From an uncultured Nitrospiraceae bacterium (GTDB taxonomy: Bacteria > Nitrospirota > Thermodesulfovibrionia > Thermodesulfovibrionales > Dissulfurispiraceae): a stretch of DNA of 64,000 nucleotides. The translations under genes and the position numbers were made by a program. Positions 27,416 to 37,724 of this stretch are shown piece by piece (the first letter of the stretch is position 1; each line of letters begins with the position of its first letter). The stretch is taken from NCBI GenBank assembly GCA_963727805.1, contig CAVSHF010000003.1, positions 896,001-960,000 on the forward strand, read 5' to 3'. A model generated the notes under the pieces. It did not search any database. It saw nothing but the letters and a program-made list of their open reading frames with translations, and was not told the DNA's origin.

Positions 27416-27979
27416 ATGATGAAGCGCAGAGGAAGTGTCTTTTCATTTTTTATGGTCTTACTTGTGCTGCTGACGATAGGCGGGTGTGCGACCGTCCCAC
27501 CTGGTCCCAGCGTAATGTCATTACCACCCCCAGGGAAACCGTTTGAGGAATTCCAGGCCGATGACGCCACTTGCAGGCAGTGGGCAGCACAACAGATTGG
27601 ACAGAGTCCGCAGGAGACGGTCACCCAGAATACCGCCACAGGGGCAGTTGTTGGTACGGCCATCGGCGCTGGTCTCGGTGCCGCCATCGGGGCTGCGTCG
27701 GGACATATGGGGACTGGCGCAGCCATCGGAGCTGGGAGTGGACTTCTCGTTGGAACAGCGTCAGGAGCCAATGCGGGGCAAGTATACGGCCGGGAGGCGC
27801 AACGCCGATATGATAACGCATATATTCAATGCATGTATGCCAAGGGGAACCAGGTGCCCGGAGCGGGACCGACTTATCAGTCTCGCCGCGTCCGGAGAAT
27901 TCCGCCACCTCCACCCCCAGATCTCGGCTCTGAGCCTCCAATCTATGAGGCTCCTCCTGCGCTGCCTCCAATGCAATAG
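27416..27979 (+). CDS. Glycine-zipper lipoprotein
   Basis: Lipobox-like IGGC, GAVVGTAIGAGLGAAIG zipper, YIQCMYAKG, Pro-rich tail. Confidence 0.85.
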   Translation: MMKRRGSVFSFFMVLLVLLTIGGCATVPPGPSVMSLPPPGKPFEEFQADDATCRQWAAQQIGQSPQETVTQNTATGAVVGTAIGAGLGAAIGAASGHMGTGAAIGAGSGLLVGTASGANAGQVYGREAQRRYDNAYIQCMYAKGNQVPGAGPTYQSRRVRRIPPPPPPDLGSEPPIYEAPPALPPMQ

Positions 27980-28333
27980 CGGGGCTTGACGAGCGGAGTT
28001 TGTGGATTATTGCATGACAAGGAAGGACAGGGCGAATATCCTGTACTGCACCGGCTGGATGCTATCGAACACAAGAAAGCGATTTGACAGGGTGCACTGT
28101 AATCTTCCATCCACCGATTGTGACTGTCAAGCAGCGGGGAGGGCTGAGGCCCTTCCCGCTTTGCATAATATATATTTTTTTTAACTTGGCATATTTGCCC
28201 ATAACGGAGTGAAGAATGACCGGATTCTGCAAGGACAGGTCATATGTTTGACAATGGAGACTGACTCTTGTATGGAGTGCAAAATCAAGAGAAATCCAAT
28301 GCTTTGTCGTTCCGTTTATCTCCTAAAGCGCAG

Positions 28334-29386
28334 TCATTGAGCACTTACCTTGGCCACTTCTTTTTGGAGATTGCCAGCCCTAACCCCGATGAGCCGGACC
28401 TTTTTATTCTTGAGCTCCACACGCCCCAGGCATTCGAAAGCGGCTTTCCGTATTCCCTCGATGGAATCCACAGCACAGTCGAGAGTTTTTGCCCTGGTCA
28501 CTGTTTTGAAGTTGTCGTACCTGACTTTGACAGTAATGGTCTTTCCCTTGTGTCCCGTCCGCAACAAATCTTTTGAAACTTCACGGCAAAGTTGAGCCAG
28601 ATTTTTAGCGATCTCCTGCCAGTTGTCGATGTCTGCCTGGAATGTCGTTTCCCTGCTTGATGATTTCGGCTCCCAGTGGGTGATCACAGGGCTTTCGTCG
28701 ATCCCGCGTGACGCATTGTAAAGATAGTTTCCGTATGAAATACCGAATTCTTCCACGAGCTTGTCAAGCGCAACGGCGGCAAGCTCTCCGATCGTGTTGA
28801 CGTTGATCCCTTTGAGATGGGCTTCCGTCTTGGGACCAACTCCCCAGAGCTTTCTTACTGGAAGCCGCCATATCTTGGTCTCGATGTCTGCCGGGGTGAT
28901 AATCGTGAGCCAATCTGGCTTATGCATGTCTGAAGCGATTTTGGCCAGGAGCTTATTAGTTGCAATGCCTATCGAGCAAGACAGGTTCGTAGCCTCGCGG
29001 ATCTTCCCCTTGATCTCATGTGCTATCTCTTCAGACGACGCATGCAGTTCCGAAATATCGAGAAATGCTTCATCAATGCCGACATCTTCAAGATACGGCG
29101 TAAACTCCCGGAGTATCGCCTTAAAGATATGCGAGACCCGCACATATTCTTCATAATCGACAGGCAGAAAGATAGCGTCGGGGCAGAGCTTATACGCAGT
29201 CCGAAGCGGCATTGCAGAATGAATACCGTATTTCCTCGCTTCGTACGAAGCGGTTGAAACAACTCCTCGTTTCGTGGGATCGCCTGATCCGCCTATAACG
29301 ACAGGTTTCCCTATCAGACTGGGATTTCGCTGCTGTTCGACAGCGGCAAAAAAGGCATCCATGTCCATATGCAATATCCGTCTCAT
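28334..29386 (-). CDS. dinB: DNA polymerase IV (Y family)
   Basis: ILHMDMDAFFAAVE, ASYEAR, GIDEAFLD, AKIASD. Confidence 0.96.
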   Translation of the reverse strand: MRRILHMDMDAFFAAVEQQRNPSLIGKPVVIGGSGDPTKRGVVSTASYEARKYGIHSAMPLRTAYKLCPDAIFLPVDYEEYVRVSHIFKAILREFTPYLEDVGIDEAFLDISELHASSEEIAHEIKGKIREATNLSCSIGIATNKLLAKIASDMHKPDWLTIITPADIETKIWRLPVRKLWGVGPKTEAHLKGINVNTIGELAAVALDKLVEEFGISYGNYLYNASRGIDESPVITHWEPKSSSRETTFQADIDNWQEIAKNLAQLCREVSKDLLRTGHKGKTITVKVRYDNFKTVTRAKTLDCAVDSIEGIRKAAFECLGRVELKNKKVRLIGVRAGNLQKEVAKVSAQ

Positions 29387-29556
29387 ACACCATTTATTGT
29401 ACTCCGCGCATTAAAACACGACAAGGCTGGTCAGAACTTTCTATTCCTCCCGTTTCTGTAGGTCCTACCTTGATAACACGGATGATTCCGGAAAGTGCAT
29501 ACGGTTTCTGGAAAGTTACTGCTTTGTCAAAGTCAAGCCAGAAGACGGCCCGGTGC

Positions 29557-29578
29557 GTCAATTAGAAGTCAATTAGAA
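29557..29578. repeat. 11-bp tandem duplication (GTCAATTAGAA)x2
   Basis: Read directly. Confidence 0.8.
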
Positions 29579-29580
29579 TG

Positions 29581-30603
29581 TCATCTTACATTAAGATTTG
29601 TCGGTGGTGAAGGTCTTACCGGAGTTATCTGTTTTGCCTGCCCGGAATCGGAATTTATAATTAATGAAGACTCATCTATAGCCTCAAATGAGGAACCCGT
29701 GACGCGCCCCAGTTCGTGGAGCACGTCATTGTTCCATCCGGGATCTGGCGCTCCCGATATATACCACGATGACCCATTGTCAGCTAAGATCATCCCGTAC
29801 TTTTTGAGTGCCGTGAGGATGACTTGCGTATCCTTTGAAAAACCGGACATGTCAAAATTCGCCTTCAACCGAAACCGCTGACCCATCGGAGGATATTGCT
29901 GCCCTGTCAGACTTGATGCTTGATGACGGGCAGGCCACATGAATGCATTACGAGTCTGGGGTACTGTAAAACGCACGGCATGCTTTATCTCACCGGCTAC
30001 CACTTCGTCATACCTCACCAATCCAGGCAGGATAGAAAGTCCGGCCGCGTCGGCAGAAGTCCAGGTTGAAGGGCGTAGGGCATTGGAGCTTAGGTTGAAG
30101 ATGGCTCCCGAGCCCGCCTGCCATGTGCCATCTGCCTGTGGGTAGGCTGAATAGAGCTCATAGAGAATGCAATGATCTTTGTCCACGACCAGAACATGCC
30201 TGTCCCCGGTAGACTGAGGACCTCCTTCGATCGGCGCATCAGGCGGGATCGGGTACGGACCCGGATCACTTTCGTCGGCGTAGCCAAAAGCTATGACTAC
30301 TTTTGGCTGTGTACCGTCTACTACAGTATATGGAATACCAATGGGACCGCCATTCCATAATCCTGACCCGAAATCTGCATGGAGGCCGCTGTTTGCTCCG
30401 ATGGTTGTAATATAGTTTTGCGAATTAGCATCAACCGGCAAGGTGTCAACAGGCGTATTCCATACATTGTCAGCTGGGAAGACAAGACATCCTGCAACGG
30501 ATGGGGATGCGAAGGCATCGGCAACAAACGCGAACGGAACTAGCGCAATTATGATAACAGAGCGAATATCTTTGATGGATTTGAACGCATGTGAGATGTT
30601 CAT
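29581..30603 (-). CDS. Secreted hypothetical protein ending in an FN3-like start (PSPPTNLNV)
   Basis: AGGAGG RBS, signal peptide, 340-aa ORF. Confidence 0.8.
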   Translation of the reverse strand: MNISHAFKSIKDIRSVIIIALVPFAFVADAFASPSVAGCLVFPADNVWNTPVDTLPVDANSQNYITTIGANSGLHADFGSGLWNGGPIGIPYTVVDGTQPKVVIAFGYADESDPGPYPIPPDAPIEGGPQSTGDRHVLVVDKDHCILYELYSAYPQADGTWQAGSGAIFNLSSNALRPSTWTSADAAGLSILPGLVRYDEVVAGEIKHAVRFTVPQTRNAFMWPARHQASSLTGQQYPPMGQRFRLKANFDMSGFSKDTQVILTALKKYGMILADNGSSWYISGAPDPGWNNDVLHELGRVTGSSFEAIDESSLIINSDSGQAKQITPVRPSPPTNLNVR

Positions 30604-30674
30604 TCGGCCTCCTAATCATTATATCGGTGGTTATGCTGCATAACATAATAATCTCACAATCACAGATTTCAAGG

Positions 30675-30690
30675 GGTGACAGGCATCACA
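30675..30690. promoter_or_regulatory. Crp/Fnr-family-like site GGTGA-N6-TCACA
   Basis: Near consensus TGTGA-N6-TCACA; similar sites at 37069-37084 and 59208-59223. Confidence 0.4.
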
Positions 30691-30831
30691 ATATTGAAGT
30701 ATCTTCAGTTCGAATAAATTACGGCACCCATCCTCAGTGAACGTATGAATTGAGAATCATGATCCCATCAAAACAATGACAGTGTTCGTTCGGATGCCAA
30801 CTATGAATCACTCGACAAGAAAAGCTTTTTG

Positions 30832-31827
30832 CTATTTTTTGACGTGAACTATTGCGACCCTATTCTGCCCGCTACAAGCTAGGTACAAATCCCCTTCCTC
30901 GGTCGCCACCATATTCCGAACCACCCCGCCCCCTGAGGGAATTGTCCATGTTGAAAAAGATTCCACCTTAGGGTCAAATCTCACGACTGTGTTGGGCGTA
31001 ACACCAGACTCACTATACCATATTATACCGTCCTGTGTAGCTGTGATAGCATAAGGTTTTGACTTAGCTCCGCCCGGTGACCTCCATTCCCTGATCTTCC
31101 TGCTGCCAGGATTCAGACTGCCAAGAATTCCGCGTGCATAATCGGTATAGTAAATTAAGTCATCAGGTGCAACCACAATCCGTCTTGGCCGCGCTCCTTC
31201 CGGCAGCATATATTCTGATATGTCGAACGTGTCGGGATTGATTTCCGCGATTTTGTTGGTCCCAAACTCACAAAAAAAAGGGTTCTGTTTTGAATTTAGG
31301 GCAATACCGTAGGGCAGTGAGTTTGGAGACGGTGAATGTTTCAACTGGATGCGTCCGGTGATGGGATCTAAACGACCAACGAAATTACCTCGTTGCACCG
31401 TAAACCAAATTATACCTTTTTTGTCGATAACCAGAGAATGAGGATCGCTGGCCGATCTGTCAGGCAACGGATATTCTTTCACCTCACCCGTTGCCGGATT
31501 GAGCTTCCCGATATAGCCCTTATAATTTGCAGTAAACCAGATGATGCCATCTTTATCGGCTGCCAAGCCATGAGGCCCCGAGTCAGGAGTCAGCAAGTGA
31601 TACTCTTTTATCGTTCCTATCTTAGAATCGAGTCGACCGAGGGTATTGGCCATGATGCCCGTATACCAAAGGGCTCCATCGGGAGCTACAGCAGGATCGT
31701 GAGGGAATGTGTTCGCCGAAGGAACAGTCCATTCTTTAAAGGTCACTTCATGAGAGGCCGCAAAAACTAGTGAGACAGAAACTAATATTATTACAATAAT
31801 GGACAATAACCCCTTGAATTCCATCAA
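30832..31827 (-). CDS. Vgb (virginiamycin B lyase)-family beta-propeller protein, exported
   Basis: Repeated PHxLxxDxxGxIWFT...IGxLxP blades. Confidence 0.85.
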   Translation of the reverse strand: MMEFKGLLSIIVIILVSVSLVFAASHEVTFKEWTVPSANTFPHDPAVAPDGALWYTGIMANTLGRLDSKIGTIKEYHLLTPDSGPHGLAADKDGIIWFTANYKGYIGKLNPATGEVKEYPLPDRSASDPHSLVIDKKGIIWFTVQRGNFVGRLDPITGRIQLKHSPSPNSLPYGIALNSKQNPFFCEFGTNKIAEINPDTFDISEYMLPEGARPRRIVVAPDDLIYYTDYARGILGSLNPGSRKIREWRSPGGAKSKPYAITATQDGIIWYSESGVTPNTVVRFDPKVESFSTWTIPSGGGVVRNMVATEEGDLYLACSGQNRVAIVHVKK

Positions 31828-31828
31828 G

Positions 31829-32584
31829 TTAACCCTCCTGCGCTATCGCCTTTAATACTCGCAGATAATTTCTGATCCGTTTGGCATTGGTCCCAATATC
31901 GCTTACTCCGACCCTTGAAACGGAACGCACATCAATGCGGCTGCCTTTTGCATCCGGAGAGATACGTATTGCTACATCGTCTTTAAACCCAAACCAAAAC
32001 GTTGTGTCAGTCGCCTCGATGATTCCATTTGCCAGGTTTACATTAACTATTTCCCAGCCCATCTTTGACGCCACTGCGACCGCGCGATCAAAGGCCTTGA
32101 CTGGAGGCAAAGCAAGCATCAGAGGCATTATGTCGGGATATGCTTTGTGTTGCTGTGCTGCAACATCAGGCCCACCATATGCCACGGGATTTGAAGCATT
32201 GCGCCGCACTTTTAAAATTGCGGCAAACTCGGGTGGATTTTCAGTATCTGTTGTGATGTCATGAATGGATGGCACATGGTGAGCAGTTAGCCACATCGAC
32301 AGCGGGACGCCCAATGCTAATATGCAAATGACTACCCCAATCAAAAAAAATGCTAGGGCATTTTTCCTTTTCTTGATTGCAGATAGAATTACACCGATCA
32401 CAGATACGATGACAACCATGGATTCTGCGTATGCGGCCCATTTCAAAATTATCAAGCCCGTATGGAAATCCCACCATCCCCGGCGATTTCCTAACCCTGC
32501 CAGCATGGCAATAAAAGCACAACATAAAGCCAAGCTTGCAGCAAGAAGCGAAAAAGTGAGACGGGATCTGTTTCGGTAAGACAT
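31829..32584 (-). CDS. DUF1499-type membrane protein
   Basis: IHDITTD, IEATDTTFWFGFKDDV, DVRSVSRVGVSDIGTNAKRI; ATG 32584. Confidence 0.85.
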   Translation of the reverse strand: MSYRNRSRLTFSLLAASLALCCAFIAMLAGLGNRRGWWDFHTGLIILKWAAYAESMVVIVSVIGVILSAIKKRKNALAFFLIGVVICILALGVPLSMWLTAHHVPSIHDITTDTENPPEFAAILKVRRNASNPVAYGGPDVAAQQHKAYPDIMPLMLALPPVKAFDRAVAVASKMGWEIVNVNLANGIIEATDTTFWFGFKDDVAIRISPDAKGSRIDVRSVSRVGVSDIGTNAKRIRNYLRVLKAIAQEG

Positions 32585-32603
32585 TCCCTTTAGCAGTATC
32601 TTC

Positions 32604-32906
32604 CTATGCAGGAAGCTTGGCTGCCAAAACATCGACCTTTTCGATGCTCGGCGGTTGAGAAAAAAGCTCATTGGCACGCGCCATCAATGCGGCAGCAACT
32701 TGGCCAGCGAGGTGCGCTTGACGTCCTGCTTCATCGGGGAAGGCATCGAAAATACCGAATGTGGACGGTCCAAGTCGGATTGCAAACCATGCAGTTGTTG
32801 CTTTCTCCTGTTGAACCAATTGCAGTCCTCCACGCAAGAAGCTTTCAACATCTTTCTCTTTTCCCGGTTTTGCTTCCAGCCGAACAAATAACGCGACATT
32901 AACCAT
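32604..32906 (-). CDS. Antibiotic-biosynthesis monooxygenase (ABM) family protein
   Basis: LEAKPGKE, FGIFDAFPDEAGRQAHL. Confidence 0.88.
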   Translation of the reverse strand: MVNVALFVRLEAKPGKEKDVESFLRGGLQLVQQEKATTAWFAIRLGPSTFGIFDAFPDEAGRQAHLAGQVAAALMARANELFSQPPSIEKVDVLAAKLPA

Positions 32907-33037
32907 GTTATTTCTCCTTTCGTTAAATCTAGTCTCTGTAAGAGACGTCAGCGCCTTTTATGGCCATTACAAATTACTGGACGTCTGTTGCCTACTATAT
33001 TCCTTCATACCTGCAGCCTCTCCGCGTGTACAAATAT

Positions 33038-33241
33038 CTATAGCTTATGAGATTCTCTCCGCAGCATAAGAGCGAGCCCAACCGTAATTAGAAAACCAGG
33101 GACACTAAACCATATCGGAACAAGCCAGCCGTTCACGGTAATGTCCCAGCCAAAAAACAGCCTTAGGAGATGCATCAAGGAAATAACAGCAAATACCACA
33201 ACAGCGACATTTGTAAAGGGCTTCATTATTTCATTACCCAT
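33038..33241 (-). CDS. Small two-TM membrane protein
   Basis: Two hydrophobic helices, HLLRL motif. Confidence 0.7.
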   Translation of the reverse strand: MGNEIMKPFTNVAVVVFAVISLMHLLRLFFGWDITVNGWLVPIWFSVPGFLITVGLALMLRRESHKL

Positions 33242-33382
33242 GCTTTGAAGATATCAACATTACTTATAGATTGCCAGTCACCTAACTATATGTAAAAGCT
33301 TAGTTGGAATATTCAAGTTTTTTTCACTCTTCGTGAATCTAACTTGATCCTTAGAGAAAAGGGCAAACTGTTTGCGAAAGGC

Positions 33383-34333
33383 TTAGTAGGCACTCGCTTT
33401 ATTCAACAGCTCTATTGAAGAATGATCCAGCTTAAGTTTTACCGACTCGACCAGGTCAGTTAGCTGTCCCAGGCTTGTCACACTGGCAATGGGTGCAGTG
33501 ATGCTAGGCCGCGCCATCAGCCAGGCAAGGGATACTCTCGCCGGCGTTGAGTTATGTCGTTTTGCCGCTTGATCCAGAGCCCCAATGATCCGGATCCCGC
33601 GAACAGTAAGATATTTCCTGACGAACTCACTTCTTGCACTCTTCGACAAATCCTTTTCGAACCGGTATTTGCCGGTCAGAAATCCGCTGGCCAACGAGAA
33701 GTAGGTAATTACACCCAATTCCTTTTCCGTGCAGAGAGTTTCAAGATTCGTTTCGTAGTCGGCGCGATCATAGAGATTATAAAGCGGCTGCAGACTCTGA
33801 TAACTGGGATATCCATGCTGTTTGCTAACCTGCAATGCCTGTGATAGTCGATCTGCGGTAAAATTCGAGGCGCCGATGACCCTAACCTTTCCCTGCTTGA
33901 TCAATTGCGCATATGCTTCAAAGGTTTCTTCCATAGGCGTATCGGGATCATCAAAGTGGGACTGATACAGATCGATGTAGTCCGTCTGAAGTCGTTTTAG
34001 CGATGCCTCTACTGCACGCAATATATATTGTTTTGAGAGCCCTTTTTTATGAGATCCCATTACACTTCCAACCTTGGTGGAGATGACAACTTTTCCCCTA
34101 TTCATGCCGTTCTTTAGCCAATTGCCGATAATGGTCTCGGATTCTCCGCCTTTGTTACCCGTTACCCACCTTGAATACGAATCTGCAGTGTCAATAAAAT
34201 TGAATCCTGACGCCACGAACGCGTCCAATATCTTAAACGCTGTCCGCTGATCCACCGTCCACCCAAAGACGTTGCCCCCAAGGACTATTGGAGACACTGC
34301 CAAGATAGAATGCCCAAGTCGCCGTTTTTTCAT
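33383..34333 (-). CDS. Aldo/keto reductase
   Basis: FIDTADSY, STKVG, LQTDYIDLYQSH, IGASNF, LASGFLTGKY. Confidence 0.93.
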   Translation of the reverse strand: MKKRRLGHSILAVSPIVLGGNVFGWTVDQRTAFKILDAFVASGFNFIDTADSYSRWVTGNKGGESETIIGNWLKNGMNRGKVVISTKVGSVMGSHKKGLSKQYILRAVEASLKRLQTDYIDLYQSHFDDPDTPMEETFEAYAQLIKQGKVRVIGASNFTADRLSQALQVSKQHGYPSYQSLQPLYNLYDRADYETNLETLCTEKELGVITYFSLASGFLTGKYRFEKDLSKSARSEFVRKYLTVRGIRIIGALDQAAKRHNSTPARVSLAWLMARPSITAPIASVTSLGQLTDLVESVKLKLDHSSIELLNKASAY

Positions 34334-34368
34334 CGACTCCCCCGATATTCAGAGTTCGAGTTTAAAGT

Positions 34369-34914
34369 TTATGGTTCTGCGCCATAGAAGTAATAGATAG
34401 CTTTATAAGGTACTCGTATCTTTTTGCCTGCCTGCTCCTCTCCGCATCCTTCAGTAGGAGCCTTTCCTCCGACAGTTTCAACACGCTGAATCCTTTCTAC
34501 ATGGCTAAAGACACCCGATCCTGAATTGGATTTTGCCTTTAACAGCAGCCATTGAATGGAATTTGTGTCGGGCCCATTGTATAGCGCCTCAAATGCACCC
34601 ACCACCTTACTTCCATCATTGGCTTCCCAAGTCGGCCCTGCATAGTGTTTGCCTATCCGTTTGTCCGAGCTGTCGAAAAGTTCAGCCTCAGGCGCCGTAA
34701 AAACCCATCGAAACTTTGACGGATCGGTTTGATTTTTACGGCACTCATATATTTGGACGCCGATGCCGCGTGCCTCAACCGATAACTTCTGACTTGATGA
34801 AACTTTCAGTGCGTCAGGAACTACCGGGACTGTTGCAGCAATTGCAGTTTCATAGCCGGCACAGAGTGAGACAAGTGCTGCGACTATTATTGGGGTTACT
34901 TTTTGTTTTGCCAT
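34369..34914 (-). CDS. DUF3455-type secreted protein
   Basis: GVQIYEC, PEAEL, GKHYAGPTWE, TVGGKAP; GGAGG before ATG 34914. Confidence 0.85.
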   Translation of the reverse strand: MAKQKVTPIIVAALVSLCAGYETAIAATVPVVPDALKVSSSQKLSVEARGIGVQIYECRKNQTDPSKFRWVFTAPEAELFDSSDKRIGKHYAGPTWEANDGSKVVGAFEALYNGPDTNSIQWLLLKAKSNSGSGVFSHVERIQRVETVGGKAPTEGCGEEQAGKKIRVPYKAIYYFYGAEP

Positions 34915-35014
34915 CGTTATCTCCTCCGCAACTTGATAACCTTCGGTATGCCTTGCATCGATGCATTCATTGTCGACGTCATGATTCTCCCCGCCGTAGA
35001 TCAGAAAAGTCCTC

Positions 35015-35923
35015 TCAGCCGCGGTACTTGATAAAAGTGCCCTTTTCGAACTCATCGAAGGCGACCCGCAACTCTTCCTGGGTATTCATTACAATTGGCC
35101 CATACCATGCTACCGGTTCGCCGACTGGTCTGCCCGATACTAGAAGAAAGCGGACTGATGATTGTTCTGTCTTCACCTCAACTTCTTCTCCATTACGTTC
35201 ATAAAGGACAAGGGACTCTGCACCGAATCTACAGTCTCTCTTAATGTCGAAGTAATTCTCGCCTATCGCTTCATGGGAGAAGGGGTTCCGCTCATTGTCA
35301 AAATATGCACTCCCGGCTATTACATAGGCAAAAACCGCATGACCCGGTGGCACCGAATGAATAAAAGTCGTGCCTGCAGGCATTGAGACGTCGAAGTATT
35401 GCGGCTCAGCGACAATGTCATGCACGGGCCCAGTAACTCCGTCGATAGTTCCACAAATTACCTTCACCTCGGCTCCTGAAGCTAGGCCTTTCTCCGGAAT
35501 CTCGTTGTGTGTAATGCCACGATAACGCGGATCCATCATCTTGTGTTTTGCCGGCAGGTTGGCCCAGAGCTGAAAACCCTGTAGAATTTTATCTCTGCTG
35601 CCTTTTGGCATCTCTTGGTGAATTATCCCGCTGCCCGCCGTCATCCACTGAACGTCCCCAGGCGAAATGATTCCGCTATTTCCCATGCTGTCGCCATGCT
35701 CTACTGTCCCTTGCAAGACATAAGTAATAGTCTCGATTCCCCGGTGCGGATGCCACGGAAATCCGGCAAGATAATGGTCAGGATTATTAGAATAGAAATC
35801 ATCAAGTAGCAGAAATGGATCCAGTTCCGGGACCTGATAGTATCCGAACGCACGCTTAAGATGAACGCCAGCTCCTTCAACTGTGGGTTTACTCTTCCAT
35901 ACTTTTTGTATTTTCTTTACCAT
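35015..35923 (-). CDS. Pirin family protein
   Basis: DPFLLLD, GFPWHPHRGIET, QWMTAGSGIIHQE, GPIVMNT. Confidence 0.94.
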   Translation of the reverse strand: MVKKIQKVWKSKPTVEGAGVHLKRAFGYYQVPELDPFLLLDDFYSNNPDHYLAGFPWHPHRGIETITYVLQGTVEHGDSMGNSGIISPGDVQWMTAGSGIIHQEMPKGSRDKILQGFQLWANLPAKHKMMDPRYRGITHNEIPEKGLASGAEVKVICGTIDGVTGPVHDIVAEPQYFDVSMPAGTTFIHSVPPGHAVFAYVIAGSAYFDNERNPFSHEAIGENYFDIKRDCRFGAESLVLYERNGEEVEVKTEQSSVRFLLVSGRPVGEPVAWYGPIVMNTQEELRVAFDEFEKGTFIKYRG

Positions 35924-36170
35924 GGGTCAGATATCCTCCTGGCAAATGTGATTCTTCTTATTAAATTCTATCAACTTCAGCGGAAATTGCGACAAGCAGC
36001 GATAAGTTCGATCTACGTACTTGCAACAACGCAGCACATCCTGTTTCATTGGATTATGAACCAACATTGACCTTCTTTTACAAAATCAGCTTATGCGTAT
36101 AATTAACTTAACATGGTGATTGCTGATCGCTTAGGTATTTTAATCTCGCATTAGCACAAGGGAGGTTGGT

Positions 36171-37040
36171 GTGATTAATGATTGGCTATCAAATGCATAC
36201 GAGGGCATGTCTCGGCGGCAATTTCTCGCTCGTATCAGCGCAATGGGAGTAGGCTTGACAGGTTTCGCAACCGCCTCAAGTTCGTTGGCGGGCGAGCTTA
36301 TTACTACGCCCACTGCAGGGATCACTGTGGCCGATGGTAAGGTGATCTCCCGTGATTTCCCGATCCCCATTTATGAGGCATTTCCGTCGGCTCATGGGAA
36401 ATATCCGATTCTGATCGTCATTCCTGAAATATTCGGCATGCATGAGCATATTAAAGATGTCGCTCGCCGTTTTGCCAAGGAGGGGTTCCTGAGCATCACC
36501 TTTGAACCTTATGCTCGGGAGGGAGGAGTATTGAACCTTCCCGATATACCATCCGTACGGAAGGTGGCAGATTCGGTTCCCGACAAAAGAGTAATGTCTG
36601 ATCTGGACGCCATAGTGTCTTATGCCAAGCAACATAAGGCCGGGCTCAGACATCGGATAGGCGTTACAGGTTTCTGCAGAGGCGGCATGTACACCCTGCT
36701 CTATGCTGCCCACAATCATGAGTTGAACGCCGCCGTTGCCTGGTACGGTCAGCTCAGACCTGACAAGAAACGGGGTGTCCGCACAGTCGGTCCGCTCGAG
36801 ATCGCAACGCACATCAACTGTCCCATCCTCGGTTTGTATGGCGGAGACGATGTCGGCATACCGGTATCTGATGTCAGGGAAATAGAGACTATCCTCAAAG
36901 AAGCTGGTAAAACCGCCGAGTTCGTGATTTACCCAGGGGCACCACACGCATTTTTCGCGGACTATCGCCCCAGCTACCGGCCCGATGCAGCTAGGGATGC
37001 ATGGAGGCGTTGCGTCACTTGGTTCCTCAAATATCTTTAA
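36171..37040 (+). CDS. Dienelactone hydrolase family protein with Tat signal
   Basis: SRRQFL, EIFG, GFCRGG nucleophile, HAFFADYRPSY. Confidence 0.92.
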   Translation: MINDWLSNAYEGMSRRQFLARISAMGVGLTGFATASSSLAGELITTPTAGITVADGKVISRDFPIPIYEAFPSAHGKYPILIVIPEIFGMHEHIKDVARRFAKEGFLSITFEPYAREGGVLNLPDIPSVRKVADSVPDKRVMSDLDAIVSYAKQHKAGLRHRIGVTGFCRGGMYTLLYAAHNHELNAAVAWYGQLRPDKKRGVRTVGPLEIATHINCPILGLYGGDDVGIPVSDVREIETILKEAGKTAEFVIYPGAPHAFFADYRPSYRPDAARDAWRRCVTWFLKYL

Positions 37041-37203
37041 ATATATGGTGAGCTGTCATGACATTTTTTATGATGTGCCTCACGATATAGACAAATACAC
37101 CTTGCACCCTCACTTTTAGCAATTCCGTCGGTCACGCGCTATGGTATCATTAATAGTCTTATACATTCAGTTGGGGAGAAGGACAATATCTTATAAGTAA
37201 ATT

Positions 37204-37605
37204 ATGGATCGAGAAAACACTAGAAGACATGAACGCGTAGAGACAAACGTGAAAGTGAAATTGCCAGGCGATACGATGTGGACCGAGTGTGCGACCTCCA
37301 ATGTGAGTGGCAGCGGCCTTTTCTTCGAAGCGGCCCGGCAATTGAGTGTCGGGGATTTTGTTGCCCTTCAGTTTATGCTCCAGTCCAAAGCCGGCACCGC
37401 TTCAAACGTTCACTTTTTCGCTTCCGCCCAGGTCATCAGGGTTATTCCGAAAGCTGATATTTACCAGATCGCCGTTAAGTTCATTCTCGATGATGATTTA
37501 AAAAAAGAGATACTTAAAATGATAATGATGATCAAGAGCCAAAATCTCAGAGTAACTCATCCCACAATTAGCAACAAGTTATTCGGAAAGATCAAACCAG
37601 AGTAA
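37204..37605 (+). CDS. Stand-alone PilZ-domain protein
   Basis: RRHER and NVSGSG motifs. Confidence 0.88.
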   Translation: MDRENTRRHERVETNVKVKLPGDTMWTECATSNVSGSGLFFEAARQLSVGDFVALQFMLQSKAGTASNVHFFASAQVIRVIPKADIYQIAVKFILDDDLKKEILKMIMMIKSQNLRVTHPTISNKLFGKIKPE

Positions 37606-37724
37606 GGCCTCGTATTTGCGCGATTCTAATTCTCCGCTTCCCTATGTCGGCTGCCCATTTGCTTGTTAATTTCCAGATGCATCAAGAGCCTTGTCGTACC
37701 TTGCATCTTTTTCTGCAACACTGA

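Noticed and set aside
30631..30645. Palindrome GTTATGC-T-GCATAAC as a cassette boundary
   Set aside because: No attC at the far end of the downstream gene; more likely an operator or chance
33355..33385. AAAGGGCAAAC…GAAAG resembling a c-di-GMP-I riboswitch start
   Set aside because: Lacks the following GACGCAAAGC and P3 stem, and lies at a gene 3' end on the opposite strand
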